Shown in pieces: positions 34,975-49,135 of a stretch of 64,000 nt of DNA (its first letter is position 1; each line of letters starts with the position of its first letter). Location of the stretch: the NCBI RefSeq assembly GCF_009914755.1, contig NC_060926.1; one strand, 5' to 3'. Source of the stretch: the human T2T-CHM13v2.0 reference genome, Homo sapiens. The notes beneath the pieces were generated by a model that worked only from the letters and a program-made list of their open reading frames with translations, had not been told where the DNA came from and ran no database searches. A program made the translations under genes and the position numbers.

Positions 34975-35315
34975 TAGGCATCTGTTAACATAGGCTCAAG
35001 CCTTCTTCATGTGGTCTCTCCACATGAGCTTGCTTAAGTTTCTTCAAGCTTGGAAGCCTCAGCGTAGCTGGACTTTTTACACAACAGCCAACCAAGATGG
35101 AAGCAGCACCATCCTTTACAGCCTAGCCTCAGAGTCACAAAGGGCCACTTCTGCCACATTCTGTTGGTTACAATCAACTCACAAGCTTGCCCAGATTCAA
35201 GGGGAGGCGAATTAGATGCCATTTCTTAATGAAGTAGTCTCAAGGTTCTAGAAAAAAAAAATGTGTTAAGGAAGATATTGTTGTAGACATCTTTGAACAA
35301 TGTAATCTATATTAT
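34975..35315 (-). mobile_element. Old MLT1-type LTR
   Basis: cctagcctcagagtcaca...cacttctgccacattctgttgg...cccagattcaaggggagg. Confidence 0.75.
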
Positions 35316-35319
35316 AGAT

Positions 35320-37760
35320 CTGGGTTGACATATACTATCATTTCCATTTAACCTGAAAAACTACCTTTTACATTTCTGTGGTGCAAATCTGGTGACAAAT
35401 TCTCTCAGCTTCTGTTTATCTGAAAATGTCTTTATTTTCCGTTTATTTTTGAAGGATATTTTCACAAGACATAGAGTTTTCATTGACAGGTTTTGTTCTG
35501 TTTTTCTTTCAGGACTTTACAGATATTCTACTGCCTTCTGGTTTGCTCTGTTTCTGATAAGTTGGCTGTAGCTCTTATCACTGTTCTTCATTATGTACTA
35601 TACCTTTTCGTCTTTGGCTGCTTTAAAATTTTTCTCTTTATTATTGTTTATTTAGCAATCTGATAACAATGTGCCTCAGTGTAGCTTTCTTTGTATTTAT
35701 CTTGATAAAGTTTTTTGAGCTATTTAAATTCGTGTGTTAATACTTTTTCTCAAACCTGAGAAACTTTGAACCCAGTTATGTATTAGGTCCATCTTATCTT
35801 TTAAATTACTGACTATATTAAATTATTTAAAGCCCCTGTCTGCAATTTCCAACGTATGTGTCATCAGTGGATCTATTTCTATTGTCTATCTTTTCTTCTT
35901 TTATGGGTAACATTTTCTTGCTTCTCTGCATGTCAAATTTTAGCTTTTTGCTGTAAAACTGTGTATGCTATGTGCTTGAGAGCGTGGAATTGTTTTTTTC
36001 TTCCTCATCCTTCAAAGGCTATTGAGTTTTGTTAGAAGGCATTTTTTTTTTTATCGGCAGAGTCACTTTATCTTGTGAAATTGTTAGGGTGAAGAGTAGC
36101 TCTTGGGGTTAATATCCAAAATATGTCAAAAACTCAAACTAAACAGCAAGAAAAATAACTCGATTAAAAAATGGGTAAAGGACCTGAATGGACATTTCTC
36201 AAAAGAAGATATGCATATGGCCAACAGGAATATGAAAAGATGCTTGGAATCACTAATTATCAGGGAAAGGCAAATTAAAACCATAATGACACATCAATTC
36301 ATACCTAATAGAATAGCTACTATCAAAAAGACAAGAAATAACAAGTGTTGAAAAGGATGTGAAAAAAAGGAAATCCTTGTGCATTATTGGTGGAAATGTA
36401 AATTAGTACAGCCATTAAGAGAAACAGTATGGGAATTCCTCAAGTAGTTTTAACGTATACAACTACCATATGATTCAGTAATCCCACTACTGAGTATATA
36501 TCCAGAGGAGATGAAATCAGTTTGTCAAAAAGATATCTGCACTCCTATGTTCATTGTAGCATTATCGCAATAGCCAAGATATGGAATCAATCTAAGTGTA
36601 TATCAATGGAGGAATGCATAAAGAAAATGTAATATAAATAGACAATAAAATATGGAATATTATTCAGACTTTAAAAAGATGGAAATCCTGTCATTTGTGA
36701 CAACATGGATGAACCTGGAGGACCTAATGTTTAGTAAGAAAAGGCACAGAAAGACAAATAGTGCATAATCTTACCTATACATGGAATCTACAAAAGTTGA
36801 ACTCATAGAAGTAGACAGCAGAATGGTGGCTGCAAATGAACTCAAAGAAGTTGAGTCATATTGGTCAAATAATACAAAATTTCAGTTAGGAGAAATACGT
36901 GCAAGAGATCTATTATACAACGTTGTGACTTTAGTTAATAACAATGTACTGAAATCTTGAAAATTGCTAAGAAAGGAGACTTTGTTTTTTTAACCACCTA
37001 AAAAAGTATATGAAGTAATATATATATTAACTAGCTCAATTTAGCCACTCCAGAAGTATACATATTTCAAAACAACAAATGTACATGATGAACATATACA
37101 ATTAAGAAAAAAAAAAACAGAGGAGCTCCTCCTCTAGAGCTTTGAGTAGCACTCTTAAGACCTCATCTTCTGCGGTCTTACTAAATGCAAAAGATGTTTA
37201 GCTGGACTCTTCCATTCTGGTTGGTCAGAATTCCAATGTTTCCATGTATGTTTCCAGTGACCTTTGGCACCCTTATTCATCTCACAGACCTCCAGTGGCT
37301 GTTCTCTGCCAAGCCTCACAGAGTTTCACTCTGCACATGGCTACTAAATGTTTTTACCGAAGACTCAAGGACTCTCCAGTGCTGATTAATAGAACTACTT
37401 CTTTGAACAACTCCTTGCTCTCTGGTACCTTGCTCCACCAATCCCAGCTGTCACATCAGCCCTATATGCCAGTCTCTGGGATTTTGCTTTTGTGTTTTCT
37501 GTGTAAAAACACTGCTTTTTGTTTGGGCTCTGCTTTCCTGTGTTACTGTTTAGACAGTGTCCCCAGACAGAAAAATGGAGAATGGCAAGATTACCTTATG
37601 TGTTTCCCCTTCTTTGAAGGATCACAGCCTTTTTATGTCTTCTGTCTAATGCATGAATAGGGTTGCTTCATGTAGTTTATCCAATTTACAATTGTTTATG
37701 GCAAAAGGGTAACTTTGATACCTTTTACTCTGTGATGGCTGTAACTAGAAGTCCTATTAA
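35320..37760 (-). mobile_element. Old L1M (ORF1/5' region) interrupted by an L1MA
   Basis: tggtgacaaattctctcagcttctgtttatctgaaaatgtctttatttt...ttttgaaggatattttc is the antisense ORF1 3' motif. Confidence 0.7.
36104..37117 (+). mobile_element. 5'-truncated L1MA5/6-type element
   Basis: ORF2 C-terminus plus 3'UTR caagagatctattatacaac...ttagccactcc...catatttcaaaac and A tail; probable TSD agagtagctc/agaggagctc. Confidence 0.88.
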
Positions 37761-38039
37761 TGCCTTTTTAAATTAAAAATAGCACTGCCAATAAAACCTT
37801 AATTTCCATACATCAAAAGTCAACCAAAGGAAACTAATAAGTAGTAAAATAAAAATGTGGGGCAAGGGTGTGAGCAGACTCGTGTAATTTCCCATTATTT
37901 TAATTTTCTTAGAATAAAAAAAATTCCAAGAGTCACATCATTTCTTGTTCATTTTCATTTCTCACCAACAGCTCTTCATTCTTTCCTAACCAAAGCCTAA
38001 TTTTGCATTCAACTTCGAGTAGATGATTTATGATGAGTC

Positions 38040-38455
38040 AACTATGCCAATAATGATGCTCCTATTTTACTTTGTCAGATACTCAATCTCCCAGCCTCCC
38101 ATAGAGCTGGAAGTGATCATATGGCAGTGTTTTATTCAATGAGACATACAGGAAAGTTTGTCAGGGATCTCCTCAAAAGGTTCTTATTTTCTTAATAAAA
38201 GGAATAGGTGAAGGCTGTTCCATTTCCTGTCTTGAATGTGGGTCTCTTCTGACTGTAATATACATGAGAATGAAGAGTTCACACTCTAATTATACCAAAG
38301 GAGGAGAAACAAAAGAGCCTGGGTCCATAATGACATCACTGAGCAACTAAACCAATACGGCAACTGACTGCCTTTGAGAAAAATAAAATTTATTTGTTTA
38401 AGCCACTCTTTAAGTTTTGTATTTCTTATAATAGAAAGCATTTCTGACTAATTAA
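38040..38455 (+). mobile_element. Old MLT1 (about MLT1J) LTR
   Basis: agagcctgggtccataatgacatcactgagc...ttgtttaagccact. Confidence 0.7.
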
Positions 38456-38870
38456 TGCACATACCATTTGTTCTTTAAACTAACAATAGTTTGCATATAA
38501 GATGTAGCTAGTTTTTAAATAGAATATTAGAAGAAAGTAGTTAGAAGCTGCATTCTTTTGAAGCCTTTGGACCAATCAGGTTTTCTTTAGTGTCTATTAA
38601 ATGCACGCCTCCCTTATATCACCCCATAGATTACAAACTTCCTTGTAGCTAGAGATCTTCTGTTTTAAATATGAGTCTAAGCACTTCTGGGAGTTCAAAT
38701 TAGCTTGCTGATAAACTCTATTTCTAGATGTTCTATAAGTTATCTCTGTTATCTAGGTATTCTTTGACTGCATTAGGAACAAGGACCCTAAACACCTAAA
38801 ACGTTTTTTCCCCTGACAGAAATGAGTTTGCTGGTAAGATAAACAAGCACAGGGATGGTCACTGTCTTAC

Positions 38871-39012
38871 GTTCACATTCTCTGACGTCCAAGTTGAACT
38901 GCTGTAATGCTCCCAAGGTGAGCTGCCGCACTTCAGCTTCCAACAAAAGTTGCATCAAGGATGTGGCTAAATGCTTGCAAGCTGACATACACGCTGTCTG
39001 GGCCACCTTTCC
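38871..39012 (-). CDS. EXOC6B: Internal coding exon of exocyst complex component 6B (Sec15 C-terminal region); 142 bp, phase 0 to phase 1
   Basis: Minus strand reads ...cttgtgtttcAG|GGA AAG GTG GCC...GAA TGT GAA C|GTaaga. The 47 codons give GKVAQTACMSACKHLATSLMQLLLEAEVRQLTLGALQQFNLDVRECE, which I recognise as EXOC6B rather than the paralogue EXOC6. From memory this is about exon 19 (unverified). Confidence 0.95.
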
Positions 39013-39499
39013 CTGAAACACAAGAGTGTAAATCATAAAGTTAATGCATCTAACATAAATTAAAATAAAATTTCAACAAAACTTAAAATTACTTCTTTTT
39101 CAATTAGGAATTTCCCTAAGGTTCTCCTCATCATAATACCCTTCCATTCAAATAATCTTGGAATTAAAGCATCTGATGGCAATCATCTTATATAATAGCT
39201 CCGTCACCATCAGTCATGGTAGCTGTAACACTAAGCTAAAATTCACAAAGCCCAGTTATTTAGTCAAGAATTACTTCTTTTCTAAATTGACATCAAACAA
39301 TATTCAAAATTTTAAGTAAAGTGAGAAACAATATTCTACAATATTGCAGAATACAATATTCCACAGAGAATAAATTTCAAAAACTTCCTTCCAAATTAAA
39401 AAATTCTTAAAAATAAAATGTGAACAATAATCCCCACTGTATCTAGAAACCAGTGTTTACTGCTTTATGATTTAACACATATAAAGTGAAAATAATTAT

Positions 39500-39811
<312 letters not shown>

Positions 39812-40084
39812 TTATTTAAAACAAAAAGGTTACCTGAAAAAAATAATTAAGGGGATGCATTTTGTTTTCTTAGAAAATACTGAGATTTATGAATATAAAC
39901 TCTAGGTCAATTTTGAAAATATGGATTTTAAAATTAATATTTTAGTGTCTTCTTTAAAAGATTCAAAGTACTCTACATTTAGTGAATTACATAAATTTTA
40001 TATCTGTTATTTATAATCTGTTTCAAAATACAGGATGATGTTTTAAAAACACTATGATCAAATTATTTAGTGAATCATCCTTCT

Positions 40085-40555
40085 TTTTTGAAATAACAAA
40101 ATATTTCAGCCATACAGAAAAATACAGAATCATCAGATAAATACTTAACGTATCCCCTAAACATTACAAATACAGTTTAAGCCCCGGTGTGACCTCCTTA
40201 ATCATGTTCCTCCCAGTCCCCACAGATGACCATTATTGGTATTAGGTATCCCATTTGTTTTTAAAAAGTACTATTATGACAAGTATATAACCAGAAACAA
40301 TATGCTGTATTATTTTACATATTTTGAAACTTTCTATAATATTATGTAGGTCCTTCTGCAACTTCCTTTTTCAGTTGAATATTATGAATATGAAGATTTT
40401 GAAGTGTATTGTATCTAGTTGTAGTTTATTCCTTTAGTTGTTCCATAGTATTCCTTTTTGGAAGTATACCACAATTTATTTGGCCATTCTTCTCATGCTG
40501 GAGATTTAAGTTATTTCTTTTTCTTTCTTTCTTTTTGTTTTGGCTATTATAAACA
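40085..40555 (-). mobile_element. Ancient L1ME 3' end
   Basis: ccttctgcaacttcctttttt...ccatagtattcc...ataccacaatttatt. Confidence 0.6.
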
Positions 40556-41415
40556 GAGTAAGTCAGTTCTAGTAAGAGATCATGAAAATGCAAGAGCATG
40601 ACTACAGTGTCCCTTTTATATGTTTTTTCATATGTTATGCTGGGCCAGGGTCTTCAATGAATCTAGCAGGCTTTAAAGAGAAAAACCATAAATAAATAAT
40701 ATCATACTACATTTTAAAATTTACATAATTTTATGTACTTTGGATAATTTCTTTGGAATTACTTTTTGAAGCTACTAGGATGAGGGGTATCAAGACTGTG
40801 ATCCATAATGCATATGCTTATATGTGAAGACAAACACAAGTGAAAACTAGACTCCCAAATATCCAGTTAAATGACTCTGCTTATGGTATGTTCTGATTTG
40901 CATTGTCCCCAGATATTTCGTAGAGTATTACTTCATTGCATAATCACCAGCAGTTTTATAAGTTTTTCTGCTAATTTTTCTACCAATGAAACAAAAGATA
41001 TTTTATGGATTTTATGTCTTTGATTACTGTGTGCAATTGAATATTTTCTAAATTAGTATTTATTTGACTCAAATCTTATTTGTAGCATAAAAAATAATGA
41101 TGACCTATTTCAGTATACAGACTATAAATTTTCCTCATCTCCATGGTTTCATTTGTATTTTCTGATGGGCCACACTCTGCATGATTTAAAACAACAAAGG
41201 AGGTAATTTAGAGATCAAGTGGAACAGACACAATAGAGGCAAAAACAAATTCTAAAGAGAAAAGTCACATCATAAAAGAAATCCACATTAAATTACTTGG
41301 TTTTAATTAAACCCACCAGAGACCTAGGACAGGCACCTCCAAAGAAAAACAGGGTTCAACATAATGGTCTGGCTATGCCAACTGTGAACTTTCAGAGGGG
41401 ACAAAGGTATGAGAC

Positions 41416-43336
41416 CAGCACAATACTGAACATTATTCCCCATCGCTTGCTTTTGTCAGCTTTGTCGAAGATCAGATGGTCGTAAGTGTGTGGAATTATT
41501 TCTGGGCTCTCTATTTCATTCCATTGGTCTATGTGTCTGTTTTTGTACCAGTACCATGCTGTTTTGGCTACTGTAGCCCTGTGGTATAGTTTGAAGTCAG
41601 GTAACGTGATGTCTCCAGCTTTCTTCTTTTTGCTTAGGATTGCCTTGGCTATTCGGGGTCTTTTTTGGTTCTATATACATTTTTAAATAGTTTAGTTCTG
41701 TGAAGAATGTTATAAATAGTTTGATAGGAGCAGCATTGAATCTGTAAATTACTTTGAGCAGTATCGCCATTTTAACTATATTACTTCTTCCTACTCATGA
41801 ATATGGCATGTTTTTCCATTTTTTTTGAGTCATCTCTGATTTATTTGAGCAGTGTTTTTATACTTCTCATTATAGAGCTCTTTCATGTCCATGGTTAGCT
41901 GTATTTCTAGGTATTTTATTTTTTTGTATGGGATTGGGTTCCTGATTTAGCTCTCTACTTTGGTGCTATTGGATGCTATTGGTGTACAGGAAGGCTACTG
42001 ATTTTTGTACATTGATTTTGTGTCCTGAAACTTTGCTGAAGTTGTTTATCAGCTCAAGGAGCTTTTAGGCAGAGTAGCCATATGCAGAAGATTGGAATCA
42101 GACTCCTTCCTTGTACCATATACAAAAATCAACAGAAGATGGATTAAAGACTTAAATGTAAAACCTAAATCTATAAAAACTTTGGAAGATAACTTAGTAA
42201 ACACCTTTCTGGACAAGGGAACTGTCAAAGATTTCATGACAAAGACCCTAAAAGCAATTGTAACAAACGCAAAAACTGACAAATGGGATCTAATTAAACC
42301 TAAGAGCTTCTGCACAGCAAAATAAACTATCAACAGAGAAAACAGAAAACCTACAGAATGGAAGAAAGTATTTACAGACTATGCATCTGGCAAAGGTCTG
42401 ATGTCCACAATCTATAAGGAACTTAAACAAATTTACAAGCAAATAAACAAACAAACCCCCTTAAAAAGTAGGCAAAGGACATAAACAGCCACTTTTCAAA
42501 AGAAGTCACACATGTGGCCAACAAGCATATGACAAAATGTTCAACGTCACCAATCATTAGAGAAATGCAAATCAAAACCAAAAGGAGATATCATCTCAAA
42601 CCGGTCAGAATGGCTATTATTAAAAAAAAAATTAAAAAAACAGACACTGGCAAGGTTGCAGAGAAAAGAGAACACTTACACACTGCTGGTCAGAGTGTAA
42701 ATTAGTTCAGCCATTGTGGAAAGCAGTGTGGTGATTCCTCAAAGAACTAAAAACAGAGTACCCATCAACCCAACAATCCTACTATTGAATATATAACCAA
42801 ATGAATATAAATTGTTTTACCATAAAGACATATGCACACCTATGTTCACTGCAGCACTATTCACAATACCAAAGTCATGGAATAAACCAAAATGCCCATC
42901 AACAGTAGACTGAATAAAAAAATTAGGTACCTATACACCATGGAATACTACACAGCCATAAAGAAAGAATGAGATCATGTTCTTTGCAGCAACATGGAAG
43001 GCACTGGAGACCTTTATCCTTAAGAAACTAAAGCAGGAACAGAAAACCAAATGCCTCATGTTCTCACTTATAAGCAGGAGCTAAATAAAAAGAACACATG
43101 GTCACAAAGAGGGGAATAACAGATGCTAGGGCCTGCTTGAGGGTGGAAGATGGGAGAAGTGAGAGGATCAGAAAAAATACCTTTCAGGCACTATGCTTAA
43201 TACCTGGGTGATGACATAATCTGTACACCAAACCCTCATGACATGAGTATACCTATATAACAAACCTGCCCATATACTCCTGAACCTAAAAGTTAAAAGA
43301 AAACAAACAAACAAAAAATGAAAACAAAGCAAAACA
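41416..43336 (+). mobile_element. L1PA13-15-type element with 5' inversion (minus 41416-42074, plus 42075-43336)
   Basis: Antisense ORF2 block abuts a sense block that continues from nearly the same consensus position; 3'UTR gagaggatcagaaaaaata; TSD aaaggtatgagac/aaaggtgtgagac. Confidence 0.9.
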
Positions 43337-43394
43337 AAAGGTGTGAGACTCTATAGCTTTTCAACAATGAGAGTGGGAATAGAGTGAATGAATG

Positions 43395-46025
43395 AAGCAA
43401 GACTATATGATCATCTCAATAGATGCAGAAAAGGCATTTGAAAAAACTCAGCCTCCTTTCATGATTAAAAAAAAGCTCTCAACGAATTAGGTATAGAAGG
43501 AATGTAACTTAATACATTAAAAGCCATATATGACAATCCTATAGCTAATGTCATACACAAAAGTGAAAAGCTGAAATCTTTTTTTTTAAGATTAGGAACA
43601 AGACAAGGGTGTGTACTCTCATCATTTCTAATCTACACAGTTCTGGAAGTGCTAGTCACGGTAGTTAGTCAAGAGAAAGAAATAAAAAGCATCCAAATTG
43701 AAAATGAAGTTAAATTGTTCACTAATTGTTTGAAAAATATATATGATCTTATATAGACAGAACTCTAAAAATTCCACCAAAAACTGTTAGAATAAACAAA
43801 TTCAGTAAAGTTGCAGGATACAAAATAAACATGCAAATATCAGGTGTGTTTCTATACGCTAACAACAAACTATCTGAAAAAGAAATCAAGCAAAAAATGT
43901 CACTTACAACAACTATTTAAAAAAACTTGGAAATAAATTTAGCTAAAGAGATAAGATATTTGTATATTTAAAAGTATAAAACAATACTAAAAGAAATTTA
44001 AGAAGACACAAAGAAATGGAAAGACGTATCATGTTCATGAATTGAAGGAATTAATATTGTTAAAATGTCCATTCTACCCAAAGTGATCTACAAACTCAAT
44101 GCAATCCTTATCACAATACCAATGACTTTTTTCAAATAATAGAATAAATAATGCTAAAGTTCGTATGGAACCACAAAAGACCCCAAATAGCCAAAGCAAT
44201 CTTTAACAGAAATAACAAAGATGGAGCTGTCACATAGTCTGATTTCAAAATCCAATACAAATCTATAGTAATCAAGACAGTATGGCACTAGTGCAAAAAC
44301 TGATACACAGACCAATGGAACAGAACACAGAACTCTGTAATAAACCCACACATTTATGGTCAACAAATTTTTGATAAAGATACCAATAACACACAATGGG
44401 GAAAAGATTCTTCAATAAATGGTGCTGAGGAAACTAGACATCCACACGCATAAGAATGAAATTAGTCCCTCATCTCACATTGTAAACAAAAAATAATTCA
44501 AAATAGATTAAAGACTTAAACATAAGACCTGAAACTATGAAACTACTAGAAAAAAAAAACAGATGAAAAAGCTCCATGACATTGATCTGTACAATGACTT
44601 TTTTTTTTGTATATAACCACAAAAGTACAGGCAACAAAAGCAAAAACAGACACACAGGATTACATCAAACTAAAAAGCTTCAGGACAGCAAAGGAAACAA
44701 TCAAAAGTGTGAAGAGAACCTACAGAATGGGGGAATATACTTGCAAACCACACATCTGATAAGGAGTTAACATCCAAACTATATAAGGAACTCAAACTCA
44801 ATGACAAGAAAAGAAATAAACTGATTAAAAAATGGGCAAAGGATCTGAATAGACATTTCTCAAGAGAAGACACATGAATAGCCAAGACGTATATGAAAAC
44901 ATGTACAACATCACTAGTCATCAGAAAAATGCAAATTAAAACCACAATGAGATACCACCTCTCATTTGTTACAATGAATATTATCAATAAGACAAAAGGT
45001 AACAAGTGTTGGTGAGAATGTGGAGAAGAGGGAACCTTTGTCAACTGTTGGTGGAAATGTAAATTAGTATAGCTACTATTGAAAACAGTACGGAAGTTCC
45101 TCACAAAATTTAAAATAGTATTACTGTATGATCCAGCAATCCTACTAATGAATATATACCCAAAGGATATGAAATCAGTATGTCAAAAAGACACCTGCAC
45201 TGCCATGGTCATTGGAGCATTATTCACAATAGCCAAAATATGAAGTCAACCTATTGTCCATCAATGGATGAATGTAAAAAAAAAATCTGCTATATATATA
45301 CACACACACATACATACATACAGTGGAATACCACATATGCTCATAGGCATGAGCAAAAAAAAAATGATGTAAAACAGGAACTTATATTTAAAAGAGAAGC
45401 AGAGGGCAGAAGTTTAGAAAAATTGCAGCCTGGTCATGTAGTAGAAAAGAACAGCCCATTTTCAGGAGAAGAATTCAAGCAGGCTGCTGAGCAACCACTT
45501 GCTAGAGGAATCTGCATAACTAAAAGGAAGGTAAGTGTTGATAGCCAAGACAAAGGGGAAAAGGTCTCCGAGGCAAGTCACAGACCTTTAAGGCAGCCCC
45601 TCCCATCACAGGCCCAGAGGTTTAGGAGGACAGAATGGTTTCATGGGCCAGAACCAAGGCCTCACTACCCTGTGCAGCCTCAAGACACTGTTCCCTGCAT
45701 CCTAGCTGCTCCAACTCCAGCCTTGGCTCAAAGGTGCATAGGTACAGCTCAGGCTGCTACTTCAGAGGGTGCAAGCCATAAGCCTTGGCAGCTTTCATGT
45801 GTTAAGTGTGTGGGTGCACAAAGTGCAAGAGTTGGGATTCATGCTAAATGAACAGATTTTAACTGCTCTTGCCTAACACACAGAGAAAATACGGGAAACT
45901 ATGTGAGATGATGGATATGTTAATTTGCTTCACTATAGTAACCTTTTTACTATCTATATGTATTCTGTAACATCATGTTGTACACCTTAAATAAATGTAA
46001 TGTAATTTAACTTTTTAAAAATAAT
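43395..46025 (+). mobile_element. L1MA4-type ORF2 3' half and 3' end
   Basis: Decayed RT region; terminus tatgtgagatgatggatatgttaatttgcttcactatagtaacc. Confidence 0.85.
45335..45835 (+). mobile_element. MST/THE1-type MaLR internal fragment without LTRs
   Basis: ggaacttatatttaaaagagaagcagag...ttgcagcctgg...gaattcaagcaggctgc...ggcagcccctcccatcacaggcccagagg are MST-int motifs. Confidence 0.85.
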
Positions 46026-47116
46026 TTTACATTAGTGTCCGTTTTGTGCCTAGGTTCTTTTGCTCAGCATGTTTCTGAGATTCATTCATACAGTTGCCTT
46101 TTTCCTGATTTGAGAAGTATTCAGTCTTTCATCATTAAGTAAAATGTTAGCTATAGATTTCTTATAGATATCCTTTATCAGATTACATAAGACTAGCCTA
46201 CACTGCTGACAGAATTTTATTTTTCTTGAAAGGGTGTTCAATTTTGTTAAGTGCTTTCTGTGTACATATTAAGATGAGCACATGGATACACTCACACACA
46301 CAGTTATATAACTTATACAATACACCTTACTTAGGCACAGTGTATCTTTTTAAAATATAATGCTGGATTTCATTTGATACTATTGTGTAGAAGATTTTGA
46401 GTCCGTGTTTATGCAGGATATTAGTCTACAGTGTTCTGTTCTTATATTGTCATTGTTTGATTTTGCTATTAGAGTAATGTTGGTCTCATAAAATAAGTTT
46501 AGAAAACCCTTTTGTTTTGTGAAGCATTTTGCTTAGAATTGGTTTAATTTTTTTCAGAAATGTTTGATAGAATTTACTAGTGAAGAAATCTCAGCCTGTA
46601 GTTTCTTTGTGGGAGGGTTTTTAAAATATAAATTCAAATTCTTTATTACAAATAAGCCTATTTGGGTTTTCTGTTTATTCTTGAGTAATTTGTAATTTGT
46701 GTCTTTTATAAATGTATAATTTGTGTAATTCAAAGAATTTAACCAAGTCACCTACATGGTCAAATTAATTAGAATAAAGTTGTTCATATTTTACTTGACT
46801 ATATATTTAGTCTCTGTAGTTTCTGAGGTCTGTAGTGATATTCCTATTTTCATCCCTGACATTAATAATTTGAATCTTCTTTTTTTCTTAACCAATGTAT
46901 TTTTTTTAAAAAATAGTGTTTTATTTCTTCCACTATTGTGTCCATTTACTATTTCATTAATTTCTGCTCTTATATTTATTATTTCCTTTTTCCTATTGAG
47001 CTGGGTTTCAATTTGCTCTTCTTTTTTTAGCTTCATAAGACAAAACTTGGACTTTGATTTTGGATCTTACTTTTCTTATAACATAAGTACTTAAAGTGAT
47101 CAATTTTCCTCTAAGC

Positions 47117-47337
47117 TAGCAGTTCTCAACTGGGGGCAATTTTGTTTCCCAGGGACATTTGGCAATGTCTGAAGACATGTTTGGTTGTCACAACTGGCAG
47201 GAGGTGGAAGGAGGGGAGAAACGCTACTGGCATATCATGGGTAGAGGCCAGGGATACTGATAAACATCCTATAACACCCTGGACAGTCAAACACACCTGG
47301 TCCACAATGTCAATACTACCAAGGTTAAGAAACTTTG
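47117..47337. mobile_element. MER20 hAT-Charlie DNA transposon
   Basis: gttctcaactgggggcaattttg...cagggacatttggcaatgtctg...gggtagaggccagggatactg...aggttaagaaac. Confidence 0.9.
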
Positions 47338-49135
47338 CTCCAACCAGTGCATTAATTGCATCCCACAAATTGTGATAAGTAGTGTTTTCATTTTTCTTCA
47401 GTTCAAAATATTTTCTAAATTTCTTTGTGGTTTCTTCCTTGAGAAAGAGGTTATTTAGAAAAATGTTGTCTAATATCCAATGATTTGGTGATATTTTTGG
47501 AATATATCTGTTATAGATTTCTAATTTAATTGTGTTGTAGATGACTAACATAGTCTATACAGTTTTACTCCTTTTGAATTTACTGACGCATGTTTTATAG
47601 CCCAGGATGTGGTCTAGCTTAGTGAATATTCCAATATGCACTAAGAAAAAAAAGCTGCTATTGGTGGTGTAATATCCTATAAATAGACATCAATTAAGTC
47701 AAGTTGTATGATAATTGTTGTTCAAGTCTTCTATAGCTTTACTGATACCCTATTTATTTTAATAATTTTAATTTTAATAATTACTGAAAAGACTTAAAAT
47801 TAGCAGCTGCAATTATGAATTTGTCTATTCATCTTTTCAGTTCTGCCAGTTTTTGTTTGATGCATTTTGAAGATTTGTTATTGAGTGCAGACACACGGTT
47901 GTAATGTCTTCTTGATTAATTGACCCTTATATCATAATGAAATGTCAATTTTTATCCCTAGAATAATCCTGCTTCTTAGGTCTACTTTACCAGACATTAA
48001 TACAGAAACTCAATGTTTTAATGATTAGTATTTGCATGGTATATCTTATTCCTTGCTATTACTTCTGACCAATCTATGTCTTTATACATTAGAGTGATGT
48101 TCTTGTAAGCCAAATATAGTTGAGTCATTCTGCTTTATCCAGAGTAATAAATCTCTGCCATTTATTCAGAGGGTTTACATCATTAATTATACTTAATATA
48201 ATTCACAGTACGATTGGATTTAAATCTATTATGTTGATCTTAGTTGTCTTTTTGTCTAATCTGCTCTGTTTCCTTTTTCCTATTTCCTGTCTGCTCTTAT
48301 ATTACTTAAGTGTTCTTTATAATGCTATTTTATTTCCACTTTTGACTTAATAGTTATATTTCCTTATTTTATACATTTAGTATCTGAGGCTTTGTAATAA
48401 GTCTCTTTAAATTATCACAGTTTATCTTGAATTATATTACACAATTCCATATATAAAAACAGTATTCTTGCATTTACCTCCTTCCAGGTGATTATTTTCA
48501 CATATTTTACTTCTATATATGTTATCAATATATACATTGTCATTATTTTTGCTTTTAAAGTCCATTACATATTAAAAAACAAAAATTGAGTAAAAACTTT
48601 TTTATCTTAACTACATATTTTTCATTTCTGGTATTCTTTGCTCCTCTATGTAGATGCAAGCTTCCATTTTATATTATTTCTGAAAAACTTAATTTGATAT
48701 TCCTGAAATTCATGTCTTCTGTCAATAAATTCCCTCAGCTTTTGATCATCTAAAAAAGTCATTATTATACCTTAATTTTTTGCTGATTATAGGATTCCTT
48801 GGTGATGGTTCTTTTTTATTCTTTCAGCATTTTAATCGTGTCATTTCATTATTTCTGGTTTGCATAGTTTCTGATTAAAAAGAAGTATCTAGTCATTTCA
48901 TCACTTTTTCTCTGTATGTACTATGTATTTTTTCCCTAGTTGCTTCTAAGAGTTTCTTTTTATCGTTGTTTTTCAGCAAGTTGTTTTAATCAACTTTCAA
49001 AAATTTTTAGTCACTATTTCTTCAAATACTTTACCTATTCTTCCTTCCTTTCCTCTTTTTCCGAGAAGGCAGTTAGACAAGACATACTGTCTGTCCCCCA
49101 AGAATCTCAGGTTCAGGAAAAATTACTCCTCCATT

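Noticed and set aside
38788-39036. 82-aa track ORF as a standalone gene
   Set aside because: Only 38871-39012 is exon; the flanking residues are intronic read-through past the splice sites.
45180-45851. 223-aa ORF as a host protein-coding gene
   Set aside because: Built from L1 3' sequence and MST-internal sequence, with no promoter or splice evidence; kept only as a structural oddity.
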